Source: the human T2T-CHM13v2.0 reference genome, Homo sapiens. From it: DNA of 64,000 bases. The translations under genes were made by a program, and so were the position numbers. Below are positions 30,272-43,168 of this stretch, piece by piece; position 1 is the stretch's first letter, and every line of letters starts with the position of its first letter. The notes beneath the pieces were generated by a model, which did no database searches, was not told the DNA's origin, and saw only the letters and a list, made by a program, of their open reading frames with translations. The DNA is taken from NCBI RefSeq assembly GCF_009914755.1, contig NC_060936.1; one strand, 5' to 3'.

Positions 30272-30440
30272 CAATATTTTTCAAAGTGTGGCTTCTCTAC
30301 TCTCAGAATCATTAAAATCCAGGAATGTGTTAGAAATGCATATTTTCAAGGGTCACCCCAGATTTACGGAACTGGAAAATTTGGGAGTGGAGTCCCCACA
30401 ATCTGCTATAACAAACCCCACAGGTGATTCTGATGCACCA
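30272..30440. mobile_element. MER5A-like hAT remnant
   Basis: tcaaagtgtgg..gttagaaatgca..tctgctataacaaaccccacaggtgattctgatgcac. Confidence 0.7.
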
Positions 30441-30519
30441 CTTTATAGTTATATTTAGCTTACATCACAAAGAAAAGATCTGGCTATCCAAATCCCATTG
30501 AACAGATAGTTGACGTTGC

Positions 30520-30830
30520 TAATTTATGTTTGTTTAGCAAATGTATATTGAATGCCTGTCACATGGTAAGCACTGCTCTAGAGGCTGGAGATTTAGTAGT
30601 GAACAAAACACACAGACCTTGACCTCATGGATCTTATATTCTAGTTGGAAGAGACAAACAGTAGACAAGATACACAAATCATATGATATTTCAGAAAATG
30701 GTAAGTGTTATTGAAAAAAGAAAAGCATGAAAAGAAGATGGGTATTTTGGGAGAAGAAACATGAATCCATTTTAAATAAAATGGCCAGGGTCTGCATTAC
30801 TGGGAAAATTAAATTTGAGCTTTGGCTTAT
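30520..30830 (-). mobile_element. L2 3' remnant
   Basis: tttagcaaatgtatattgaatgcctgtcacatggtaagcactgctctagaggctggagatttagtagtgaacaaaaca. Confidence 0.75.
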
Positions 30831-31344
30831 ATAACTAATTAGTATGACAGAGTTTATTAAAGGATGGGTTTTTTAGCATTATTTCAAAAAGTCCATTTAT
30901 AAATAGATTTACAGAAGTATTTACATTATGGTTCCATTTAAGTATGGATGTTCTAAGTACTTTACAAAACTTTCAGAAATAAATATTGTTTTTATTCAAA
31001 TCTTAGTTCTAAATTTATCCCTGCTCTTGCTCTATTTGTATCTGTTTAACTTTATTTTTAGTACTTAAAATTATGTTATCATTATATTAAGTCAAATATT
31101 TAACTTAAAAGTTAGACAATTGCAAAATAATGCATATATATTAATTTCAAAGTTTTGATCTAATTCTCCTAGAGTTGATAATAAACAGACAAAAGAATGC
31201 TACAGTGAAAGTGATCCTTTAACTACTAATAGAGCCTTTTAAAATAGGGGTTACCTATCAGTGACAGCCAAAAGAGAAAAAGTTTTGTAGTTAGGAGAGT
31301 AGACTCCATTTAGACCTAGACCCCTAGGGAAAATGTTAAAGAGT

Positions 31345-31697
31345 TGTTCTGGAATGAATGTGTCCCTCCAAAATCCAATGTGTCTTAAATCCCAGTGTGA
31401 CTCACAATGGGAAACAGGGCCTTTCAGGAGGTAATTAAGGTTAAATGAGGCCATAAGACACTAATCCAATATGACTGATGTCTCTATAAGAAGAGGAAGA
31501 GACACAGGAGTGTGTCGCACAGAGAAAAAAATTATCTGAGGACACAGCAAGAAAGCGGTCATCTACAAGGTAGGAGGAGAGACCTCACCAGAAACCAACC
31601 CTGCTGGCATACTGATCTTAAACTTTTGGACTCCAGAACTATGAGAAAATTAATTCCTGCCGTGGTATTGTTATGGCAGCCCAAGCTGACTAATACA
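31345..31697 (+). mobile_element. MLT1B-like MaLR solo LTR
   Basis: tgaatgtgtccctccaaaat, gaggtaattaaggttaaatgaggcc, ctaatccaatatgactg, end gctgactaataca. Confidence 0.85.
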
Positions 31698-34469
31698 TGA
31701 CTATAAGCATCTCTTTTTACATGTAGAGAGAGTTCATTTGCATTTAGAGAAAATCTCCTTGAATGCTGCTAAGCATTGCAGACTTCACCAGGTCATCATG
31801 ACCAACAGAAGGATGGTGGCAAAATCCCACTGGTCCTGTATGGCACCTCACAGACGGATATTTATGGCCTGCTGGTAGTATCATGGAGTCGTGGTAAAAG
31901 TAACCACGAGTTGAAGGCCAGGAGGTAGGAATGAAAAAGAGAATAATTAAAACACAACTCATAATCACCTCATTTGTATTAAATAACATTTCTGGAACTG
32001 ATAATATTATCATAAAAGGGAAGATAAGGGAAGATAGAATTTATTTATTAAATAGATCCATTTAAATTTGTGAATTTATTTATAAATTTATTATTTTTTG
32101 GTACATCTAGTAGTTACGATGTTAGGTACTGACTATTCAATAGTACACTAAAAGAAGACATAGGGTTTTTAAAAACACATATTAAATAATTTGCTTACAA
32201 GCAAATATGTTACAAAGATAATTGCTAAAAGATAAAAAGTTCTATAAGAGCATATGATGGGGTCTTACCTTGATCAAATAAAGCTTCCCTAAGAAAGAGA
32301 CATTTGAGCTGAGCAGTGAAAGGACATTCTAACTAGAGAGAATGAATTCTGGCGTGGGCAAAGTACAGAAAGCTCCTTGTGAGATGAGATGGAAGAATCA
32401 GCCACAATAGATCATGCAGTTGTAGATGAAGATAAATGTTTGAGGCTTTGTCCAAAGAGCAGCTGGAAACCACAGAAGGAGCACGGTGGTGGTGGTTTGG
32501 GTGGTGGTGTTGAAAGGAACTGATACGATTGAATGGGCATGAATTTATGTGAATAATAGTGACTCTAGGTGACGAATGTGTAGAAAGAGGCAGAAGTAGA
32601 CACAGGAGCAAAGGTAGCTTGGACTAGAGATGGGGCAAGGAGGAGAGGTGGGCTATCCAGTATGTGTGTGTGGTTAATGTAAAACAGGAAAATGTGAATT
32701 AAACCTGTGAGAAATTTTAGTGGGAAAATATGTAAATGGAGGCAAAAGGCACCATGGTACTCAGAAAGCAGGAAGAGAGGTTCAGAAAAGAGAATGGTTT
32801 GATATTGGTAAGTGATGTGTCACTCTGGGAGATGTCCTCAGTACAGTAGTTTCAACATGAGATGCTTTGGGGATGAAAGTGCCGTAACTTATGCAAGTTG
32901 TCTATGCATCACCCTAAGAATAAAATGGTGACCTTCGGGGAAAGGAGACTAAATCTATATGATAAGGTGGTTTAGCTAATGGGAGCAGGATTAACCATTG
33001 GGTCACCCATGGCAGTAGAAGCCAGTGGCACCCCTTGAAGTTCCCACTAAGTCCAGGTTCACATGTGTCCTTGACATTACTTGTCTTATCCAAATTGTCC
33101 GCCTGGTGGAACAATCTGCACCTCTGGGTTGCCACTTCTGACCTGGGTTCCTGTATCTCCCATCCCACTATAATTCCTCTCCCCACTGGCCTCTAAGCTT
33201 CCCATAATGTGCGACCTATTTGGCCACTGGAAACAGCAATTGTAATAAGAAAAAGCTAAGGAGAGATTAGTGGGCTTGTTATGGTCACTTGAATAGTATC
33301 TGGAATACTGAAATTGAAAACTCAACTGAATTTTTAAAAAATTCTAAATAGGTCAGTATGGGAAGGGGGATAAAACCCACATGTGGCATAGCTGGCCTTC
33401 AGAAGCGTGTTATCAACTCCTGACATCACTGGTAAGAAAGGGCAAGTGAGTCCAGAGGCAGAGGTTGATGGATAGCAGGGGTAGCTTGAAGTGTTTATCT
33501 CATTTCTGTCTTCTGTCTGTGATTAGGCACTAAGGTGAAGTGGAAGACATTCTAAGAGCCCCACCCCCACCCCCTTTACAGCTGAAAAGATATTAAATAT
33601 CTGTATTTAATTTTGATCAGTTGGGACAAGCTTAGTAAGCATCTGTAGTAAGCTAAACAGTACTACACCCTATGAGGAATGTAAAGATTAATTAGACTAA
33701 GCCCTTGCCCTCAAAGAACATATGAATCAATGGTGAAAAATAAGAATGTTCAGCAAATAAAAAGGCAGAGTGTAAAAACAGGTCAATTTGCATCTAACAG
33801 AGATTCTTTGGGAGGGATTCCTGAATTGGGATATATGTCAGACCAGATTATTCTAACTTACCTTTCACACTTAACAATCAATTTATCTATGAATCAGCTT
33901 CACACATAGCTATAGATTTGGATCATTACTCTCAGCTCTTCCCACCTGATCTCCTCTCATTTTCTCCTAGTCCTCCAGGGTGGGCAATGGAAAATCATCA
34001 ATGATTATCAGGGTAGGAATCAATGCATTGGATTATTCACTCCCCCATCCTCAAAGTCTAAGAGTTAAATGAATTGAAAGATGCAGAAGGTGAGGATGTT
34101 TCAGTAGTGTTTCTCACTGTGGTATTATTCTTTATAAAAATATTAATGTATAAATAATGCAGTATATACTGATTCCAGTTTTTTATTATTATTTTTACAT
34201 CTTACCTTTTTTTAGACTTGGAGCTATGTTTTCCTCACTGACTCAGGGGTCACTCTGGGCTTGTTTTTGTACAGACTATCTAGACCAATATTATGTGTCT
34301 ACCAGTTAATTCAAGATTCCTTGTGAGTTCGCATTAAAATCTACAAAGATAAGGGTTGAACCACAACAAACTCTCAGAAAAACCACATAGTTTTGTCATT
34401 AAGTCATTACCTGAACCCCAAAATTTTTTTTTTAAATAATAATCTACCCTTCTTCAAACAATGGATCAA

Positions 34470-35255
34470 GAGTAATGGCTACTGAATTTGTAAAGTAAAA
34501 AACTTATGGAGGATTTATAATAGATGGGTAAGGCTGACAACACCTGAACCCAATGATCAATAATAACATTACAAAAAGTGACACAGACAACCAGATATGT
34601 GCCTCCTAACAGGAGTTCAGAATAACATCTAGGGAGTAGTCTTGCCAGAAGACTGCGGTCAAGCCTCCTGATCTACAAACCAGACTGTAAGAAATACAGG
34701 ACACAGAACAAGATGTTAAATAAAACCATGAGAATACAACAGCAAAATCTAGACTGGGAAAATCTATAGAAATAAACGATCAGTTTCTCCAACAACTATA
34801 TTGTGATGGAAAAAAAAGAGCAAGAGAGAAGGGAACCTATAATTACAAGAGAATTAAGTGACATATAGACCAAATACAAAATACAGATCTTGTTTAAATC
34901 CTGATTTGAATAAACATCTATAAAAACTATATGAGGCTTGAGTTGGATATTTGATGAAGTGAATAATCTCAATTTTTTAAGATGTAGTAATGGCAGTTGG
35001 ATTACATTTTTAAAGAAATCCTTGTAATTCAGAGATCAAACTAAAATATTTATACATGAAACAACTTAAATGTCTGGAATTTGCTTCAAAATAACTCAAT
35101 GTTTCAGAAAGGAAGAAATAGGTAGGAGTATAGAGAAAATAAGATTGGTCATGAGTTGATAATTCTTGAAGCTAAGTATTAGAGTACTTGGAGGCTTACT
35201 ATGCTGCTCTTTTTTTTGTTGTTTATGTTTGGAATTATCTATAATAAAAATTATC
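34470..35255 (+). mobile_element. Ancient L1MC/L1ME 3' region
   Basis: aggctgacaacacctgaaccc..., aagattggtcatgagttgataattcttgaagct and ggaattatctataataaaaa are typical of old L1 3'UTRs. Confidence 0.7.
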
Positions 35256-35503
35256 CAAAGGAAAAAAAACATTAGGGGAAAAACGGAAGAGAGATACAGA
35301 TATACTAGGAAGAAACAGGAATATCCTTTATCCAAATGGATGTCCCCTTTCATTACATGTATACTGTGCTGAGAAAATTCAAGACACAACCTACCTTTCA
35401 GTGCATTTGATGTCAGATTAATGTTGCTTAAAAATTCTTTCAGTACTATTTGAAATATGATCACAGCATTTGGAAAATTTTGAAAATTTAAACAGATAGA
35501 AAC

Positions 35504-36210
35504 TGCAGTGATTAATTTTATGTGTTAATTTGACTGGGCTAAGGGACAACAAGATATTTGGGAAAACATTATTTCTGATTGTTTTTGTCAGGGTGTTTCT
35601 GAAAAATATTGGCATTTCTATCAGTAGACTGAGTAAAAAAGATCTGCTGTCACCAACATGGGTGGGCAAGAACCAATCCGTTGAGGAAAATCTGTTGAGA
35701 CATTGTTTTCCTGATGATCTCAGGAATTTGAGTCACTTAAAAAAACAGAAGATTTGGGTTCTGTTCTGGCTAGTTCTTTATCACCTCTGGGCTCCTATCC
35801 AAATACAGCAAAAAGGCGAGCAAGGGCGTATTCTCTCTCTCTTTTGGAGCTGGGACATCCATCTCCTCCCGCCCTTGAACATCGGTGCTCCTGGTTCTTG
35901 GGTTTTCAGACTCCAGAGTTTCTACCAACCACCCTCTCTCCCCCAGTACTCAAGGGGAAACCCTTTGTTTCTTCACAAATCCTATAGAAACTCGTTGTTT
36001 CTATGAAGACACAGTAGGTTGATCTATTTTATAAGCTTGCTTCTTGAATTACACCACTGACTTTCCTGGTTCTCCAGCTTGCAAATGGCATATTGTGGGG
36101 CTTCTCAGCCTCCAAAATGGTATCAGCCAATTTGCATGATAAATGTCCTCTTACATGTCTCTCTATATATCCTGTAGGTTCTTTTTCTCTGGAGAAGCCT
36201 GACTAATACA
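35504..36210 (+). mobile_element. MLT2B-like ERVL solo LTR carrying two non-LTR insertions
   Basis: gtgattaattttatgtgttaatttgactgggctaaggga ... ctctggagaagcctgactaataca; TSD gaaac/gaagc. Confidence 0.85.
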
Positions 36211-37476
36211 GAAGCCATTTGGAATCACTCCAAGAGTGAATTACATTTCAGGGGGTCTATTTGAACTAGCTGTAATCAGCAACTCAAGTATTTCTTTTTA
36301 ACTCATTGCCTATGAATTACATTTCAAACTAATCAACTTGTTTATTTCTGCTAAAATTTCAGAAACTAAGTGATTAGCTTAAAATTTCTGTCCTGCCCGG
36401 TCTTTTTTTTTTTTTTTTTTCTTAAAAGCAATTTTCTACCACAAATTCTGCTAAGGGGAAGAAAGCCATTAAAATATATTGCCAACAAAACAGAATATAC
36501 AGCAAAAATAAGCCAGGAATTAAGCATAAACGATTTAGTCATGCATTTTCGTTGGTTAGTCAGAAAAAAACTAAAGAAATTCACAACAAAAATACATGAA
36601 AGGAAAAGGGAGGATGAAACTGTGGGACAGTTGGCATTCATCCACTGGCACTTAATTAAATTGTCTGGCCCCCTTAAATTCAAATCATTTTAATCAAGAA
36701 AATAAACATTAAAAATCCAGAATGAATTAAATTCAAAAAGATAATCAGAGCTCTGTTGTTTTGCCTTTGAGAAAACTTTTCAGTGAAGAAATAACAGAAG
36801 CCCAAAATAAATATTTCCTTGTCATATGAATATGCCTGTGATAGGTACATATGCAAGTACATTTTAAAACATTCAAGCAGTAATTGTTTGCTATAGATAA
36901 GAATATTGCTGCTCAAAATCAAAAGATCCTTGTGATTCTTTCACTTATAAACCCTTTGTTTCTATAAAGACGTAGTAGGTTGATATATTTTATAAGCTTG
37001 CTTCTTTATGGGGGAGCACATTGTCTACTTTGTCAAGGACACCAGCCTCAATTTCAAATAGCTTTAAGACCAGCATGCAGCAGCTCACCCTGCCCCAGCT
37101 CCTTCTGCTCTGCTCACCAGGCATTGGCGATCTGACCTGCCTGCCTAGGCTGCCCTCTGTTTTTGCCCTCACCACTCCAAGTGTTAGCACAGATGCTTTA
37201 AAGGGCCTCCAGATCTCACCTGGCACCAGCTGCAATAGGTTGATGCAGGTCTCACTTGCTTTCTGCTCATGAACATCCTTGGCAACTCATTATCTTGTCA
37301 TTAACCTTCTCCAAGACCAACCAAAGAAAGTTACTATCAGCACCTTTCTTCTCAATAGAACCACAATATTAAAATAATCCCTTCAAGTTTGGAAATACTT
37401 CAAGTCTGTACTTTTGCTCTTGCTGAGGTCACCTTATTGTCTACATTTCTGCAAAAGTACTTGCGATCCTTCCAGA

Positions 37477-37529
37477 GCAGGCAGATTGCTGGAGTTCAGG
37501 AGTTTGAGACCAGCCTGGCCAACGTGAAA
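37477..37529 (+). mobile_element. Short internal Alu fragment (B-box region)
   Basis: gcaggcagattgctggagttcaggagtttgagaccagcctggccaacgtgaaa. Confidence 0.8.
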
Positions 37530-37789
37530 TAAACTTCTACATCTAAGAAATTCTAAACCACACACTTACCAAAAAGCAAGTGAGCCCCTCTGCAAAACGT
37601 ATAGTTGGTTCATTTCTTACATAGAGTCTTGTTCTGCTCTATAAAGCATTTAACATTTATTTTAAATCTATATATTTCTTTTCTCTCTGTTTTCCTTCAG
37701 CAACCTTGTACTAATATACACTCAGCATCAGGCCCAGGCCTCCAGACTTCTAGAAATGAATCTTGTTTATCTATTAAACAATGCAGTAA

Positions 37790-38000
37790 GTGGGTCCCAT
37801 GTTTTCTGGTTTACAAAGCACTTTCGTATAAGAATCATCTGATACCAACAAAACCCCTTAAATTTTACAGTGGAGGAAACAGCCAAAAGAGGTTGTTGTG
37901 ACTTTCTCAAGGTCACTCCAAGCACACAGCAGGGTCCCATGTAACACTAGGTTGTCTGGCTCCAAATCCATTCTCTCTTCACTGCATCATGTGGCTTCTC
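37790..38000 (-). mobile_element. MIR remnant
   Basis: ttttacagtggaggaaacagccaaaagaggttgttgtgactttctcaaggtcac ... gtctggctccaaatcc. Confidence 0.65.
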
Positions 38001-38729
38001 ATTCCTACTTCTTAATTCTTATGGAGAATGGACAGGGAATATGTTGTGTCAAGTATTGCTTCTGTGAAGGTCCCTACCTAGACCCTGGCTGTTCATTTAG
38101 CAGTGCAGTCCAGGTGAACTTGAGCTTCCCTGGCACTCAGTCAGGACTGACAGGAGTTGACAATGAGCATAGAATCGCCTTTAACATCACAGCCAATAGA
38201 GAACGACACAGCTGAAAAGTTTTGTTAGAGCCTCACACAGCAAGAAATACAATTTTAAATTAAGAGCTTTACACAGTGTTCACTAAATCCTGGCATTCTT
38301 GTCATTATGAGAACTATTTTTGCCATTATGTTCCAATTTTTGAAGAAAAGGATTTTCTCCTCAACTTCCGTAGGCTTCTCAGCAGTTGAAGATTTTAATG
38401 GAAACATAATACGTAGGATTATGTCATTTTCTTAAAGAAGTAAAAAACCAATTACATTGGATCAGTATTTTCCAACTTCTGATCCATTATCCAGAGACAA
38501 AGTTTGTTACCTTCAACATCTCCTTCTCAGACACCTTCTGCAGAGGCAACTGATCTCCTCTTCACCTTATCTTGATTTCCTTTCATTTCTAGGATTGAAG
38601 ATTTTAAAAAATGAATAATCCACCCTAACACTGTGTCATGTGAGTTTTAAAACTAAAAGAGCAAACAAGATTACTTCTGTGAATACAGCACTAACTATAT
38701 GAATACAGAGCTGCACTCATATCTTAGAG

Positions 38730-38980
38730 GATGTTGTTCTACTCATGGATCCCCAAAGGGGTGACTCTAGAAATCCCAGAAACAGTTAAGCATCTTGTTA
38801 GATACACAGATTCCCAGGCCCAAGCCCAGGATGTACTGGTCCAGGGACCAGCAGCATCAGCATCACCACCTGGGTACATTTTAGAACCACACATTCATAG
38901 GTGTGAGGCCCAGAAATCAGTGCTTTATCAAGTCCTCCAGGTGATTCTGATTCATGGTGAAGTTTGAAAAGCACTGATTT
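38730..38980. mobile_element. MER5-like hAT remnant(s)
   Basis: gaccagcagcatcagcatcacc and gtgtgaggcccagaaatcagtgctttatcaagtcctccaggtgattctgat..aagtttgaaaagcactg. Confidence 0.65.
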
Positions 38981-39231
38981 AAACAGGAGAATAATCTCAA
39001 TTCAAAAAAGCGTGTACTGAGACCCTCCTAGTAAAGGCCCTGGGTTAGTTGCTGCAGGGAAAAGGAGAAACTCATTTTGTACTGTATTATTTTTTGAATG
39101 TTATTTTTCTTCAAACGTTTATTGAGAAGTTACTATGTGCTAAGCAGCCTGTTACAGGTTCCTTAAGATGTAAATGTTAGAAAGATACAATACCTAGGCT
39201 CAAGGAGCTTACAGTCTACTAAGACTTAAAG

Positions 39232-39557
39232 CAGGGGCTTGGCAAATTTTTTTCTGTAAAGGGCCAGAGAGTAAATATTTTAGGCTTTGCAGGCCACATG
39301 GTCTCTGTCGCGATTCCTCAGCTCTGCTGCTGCGTCGTGAAAGCAGCCATAGATAATATGTAAATGAATGAGCATGTCTGTATTCCAACAGAACTTCATT
39401 TATGGATACTAATGTCTGGATTTTATACAGTTCTCACATGTCATGAAATATTATCCTTCTCTAGAGTTTTTCAACCATTTAAAAATGTAAAAACAATTTT
39501 GGGGGCCTTACAAAAAGACATGGGGGCCAGATGTGTCCTGTGAGCAGTTGTTTCTGG
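39232..39557 (+). mobile_element. MER58B-like hAT element
   Basis: ggcaaatttttttctgtaaagggccagagagtaaatattttaggctttgcaggcc ... tcaaccatttaaaaatgtaaaaac. Confidence 0.85.
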
Positions 39558-40199
39558 TAGAGTGAAGCCAGTAAAGCAGTCACAAAGAAAATATGAGGGT
39601 TCGAGTCTCTGTGACATCATCAATAGAAAATGGAAAGTCAGGGGAAAGCTTTTTTCCAAGGAAAAGTGGTGAATGCTTTCTCAGTAAATAGTATTTCCTG
39701 TCATTTCCTATCCTGTTGTTTTCCTACAAAATAGCACAAGCCATTTCTTATATTTCTCTAGAGCAGAAACAGATCCACCCACTTAAGCAAATCTATTCCA
39801 TCTCCTCATCCACACTATATTTCAAAAATATAACACAGTATTAAGGGAGGTCCTTATGTTCTTTCCCCATGGATCCAATTGTATCCATTTATTTAGATAC
39901 AAAAGACAACGTTTTCAATATTAAAAAAGGCAGAACATCTTCCATCAAGCATATACCACACTACTTACATTCTCCCTCAATCACAAGGAGGCGGAGATTG
40001 GCCATGTTACACACAACGTTCGCGTCTGTCTGTAAAACTGCTGACTTGTGTTGTCTACTGCTGGCTCCAACATTTTGCAGGATCATAATTAACTCAAGAT
40101 TTTTGTTTGTTTGTTTTTCATCTGAGCTTCCCACTGTTAAGTGTCTAAGAGTCCAGTTTTTAAAGATTAATATTCACAGAAATATAAATGCTGCTACTC

Positions 40200-40810
40200 T
40201 GACAGAGCAAGTGACATAAGAAAGTTCAGGCAAGAAGTCCTGGAAGCAACAGAGAAGCAGCAGTTGCTAGGAGTAAAAGAAAGGATGTTCCCAGAAAAGG
40301 AAGAAGCTCATGAAACAGCTTTGAGCAGGATGGACCTTGGTATATTTGGGACACTGAAAATAATTTAGGATGGATAGTGCCTAGTGGTAAAGAGGAAGGG
40401 CAAGGGAGGAGTTGTGTCAAGAGATGAGCCTGAAAAGATCAGCAAAGGCCAGATTACAATCACATACCTTGCCAAGAAATATTAATCTCTACCCTAAAGG
40501 TTACATGAAATCACTTAGTATTTTAAGCCAATTAGAAAAATCAAGTGGCAGCAGTGTGGAGATGGATCTGCAGAGGGACAAGAGCTGGGGCAGGGAGACC
40601 AGTTAGGAAGATATTTGCAGTAATCCAGGTGAGACAGGATGAGGGCCTTCACTAAGGTGTTGGCAGTGGGGAAGGGGATAAGGGGTGAAATTCTAGAGAA
40701 ATTAAAAAATCAAAACTATAGGTCCCGGTGATTGCTTGACTGTGGCAGGTGTGAAGAAGTGACAGTAGTCAACATGATTGCCAGGTATTTTGGCCTGGAC
40801 AAGTAGTAAG
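40200..40810 (-). mobile_element. L2 remnant
   Basis: ggcagggagaccagttaggaagatatttgcagtaatccaggtgagacaggatgagggcc is a typical L2 segment. Confidence 0.75.
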
Positions 40811-41519
40811 ATGATGGAACCCTGGCGGCTTCTGTAGGCAGGAGGAAGTTGTTCAGAGACAGCAGTTATTCCTTGCAGGTTGTTAATTTGTAGACTGCCT
40901 TTCACTTTTGCTCTAACCAAAATACAATGACTCCTTTATCCTTTAACTTTTCATTACGGTTTTCTACACAACTGGAAAGTAGACACACTTATAATTCAAT
41001 GTCATGTCATTCAATTAATCAGCATGCTCTATTCACTACAGCTTGGAAAAGTTATTGATCAAACATGTGGAAATGCTGACAGCCTACAGTTGGCTGCTTG
41101 AGATAAAACAGAAATGTGAAAGATGAAATGATTCTTGTCACTAGCATATTTTGAATAATTGTTCTTGATTAGTAGTGGTCCCCTGTGTGGTTCGACAGGC
41201 TAACTGATCAAAATTAAGAACGCAAGTTCCAAAAGTCATCCAAACTTTTGGGAACATAAACTCCATCTAAGTTATGCTGTTAACTCTTTTTAGGAAGTAC
41301 TCATGCTGCTGGTCTTCCGAGTGTCCCACTTATAAGTGAGCAGTGAGATCAGTTATCAACTCAGCACGACTTCAAAGGGTCAGGAAGATGCTCTTAGAGT
41401 AACATTAATCTATCTCACTGGAGGAAGAGAGAATCTTTTCTGCTTAATTAAAAGCTGTAGCATTAACTTAAAAGTTAGGATGTGATAGTAGAATGATTTC
41501 AAATTTTATAGCCAGGATA

Positions 41520-41740
41520 GCAAAGTTCAAGGACTGACAATGCTATATGACTAACAGCAAGTCACTGAACCTCTTGGACTAAGTTTGCTCATTTGTAAAT
41601 TTGGAAACCATTTGCCCATCCCACTAAACACCCAAGGGCTTTGCAAGGTTAAAAAATAGGTAACAGTTGGGAAAGCACTCTACACTTGTAGAATTCCTAT
41701 GTGTATACAAATTATCACAATTACTATTGCCATTATTATT
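41520..41740 (+). mobile_element. MIR remnant
   Basis: gcaagtcactgaacctcttggactaagtttgctcatttgtaaat. Confidence 0.6.
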
Positions 41741-42539
41741 ATCACAACTCTTTTGGTTAAGTCCTATAGTATGGAGAATTATTCTAGAATAATGCATCTG
41801 AGATGAACATGAGGGAAAGATGAATTGGGGTGAAGGACACTCTTTGCCTTCTCACATAAACATGACTCAATAGTTTCCCCCAGTCTCCCAGTTCAGCTAA
41901 GGCAAAAGAAAGAAAGTTTTGAAAAGAATAGACAAACAGGTGACAAGCTACTTCCTCCTAGCTAAGTGCAAAAAAAGAGAAAATCCAAGAAAGAAGGAAA
42001 TCCAGAGAGAAACACACAAGATGATACAACTAGAAACAGGAAAACACAGCAACAGCAGCAAATGTCAACAAGCTACCCTAGAACACAAGTAAGATTTTTG
42101 AAAACCCTTGTTTTAGTAGTAGGGCAACTACTACAGGGACAAAAAAAAAAAAAACTAGAAAAACACCGATCACCTGAAAATGACTTTACATGATTGTAGA
42201 GTAATTTACTCTGAATACTTAAAAGATTACCAAAACAGATTACAAAAAACGCTATAAAAACTTGTGTGAAATTTATAAATCCTATAAAAGATGTCACATA
42301 TCAGAGCAGTCCAGTAGGAGCAAAACCAACATCCTGAAGGAAGAAATTATGACGGTAAAAACAGACTAACAGAGCAAGTGAAAGCACAGCTAAGTTACAC
42401 AGCTAATGACAGAGAAAAAGAAATCACAGAACTCAGGAACAAACCAACAAAATCCAAACTGAGAATAATCAGAGTACCAAAAGACATAGAAATGCAAGCA
42501 AATTGTCAACCTTTCACAGGTAGTGAATTAAATATAATC

Positions 42540-42589
42540 TTATAGAACGTCAAGACATCAAATTTTATAGAACGTCAAGACATCAAATT
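42540..42589. repeat. Perfect 25-bp tandem duplication
   Basis: ttatagaacgtcaagacatcaaatt x2. Confidence 0.95.
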
Positions 42590-42860
42590 CTAATACGGAG
42601 ATCTTGAAGGAATATGAAAATCCATTTGGGGACAATCCTCATTGAAATGCATCCCAGCACCTACTTGTCACATTTTAAAAGTTTGAAACAAAAGAGCAGA
42701 ATAATATGAGGTCTTGAGAAGAAAGGAGAGAAAGATGAAGATGTAATTAATGGGATATTTTGGATTGGTTTCTATAGAATGCATTGCCTGAGTACATACA
42801 TTTAGAGAGACTGCTATAGAGAAGTCAATGGATAAAATTTTCATGAGAGCCCTCTGCTGA

Positions 42861-43168
<308 letters not shown>

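Noticed and set aside
31748-31925. Exon-like stretch (tttag|AG ... GAG|gtagga) with several CpGs
   Set aside because: All three plus-strand frames contain stops and the acceptor tract is weak; a non-coding exon cannot be supported from sequence alone.
35530-36006. 158-aa ORF
   Set aside because: It runs across MLT2B LTR sequence and its inserts with a non-ATG start; a chance open frame.
41165-41400. ggttcgac B-box-like motif suggesting a tRNA or ancient SINE head
   Set aside because: No cloverleaf can be built and no convincing A-box or terminator is visible.
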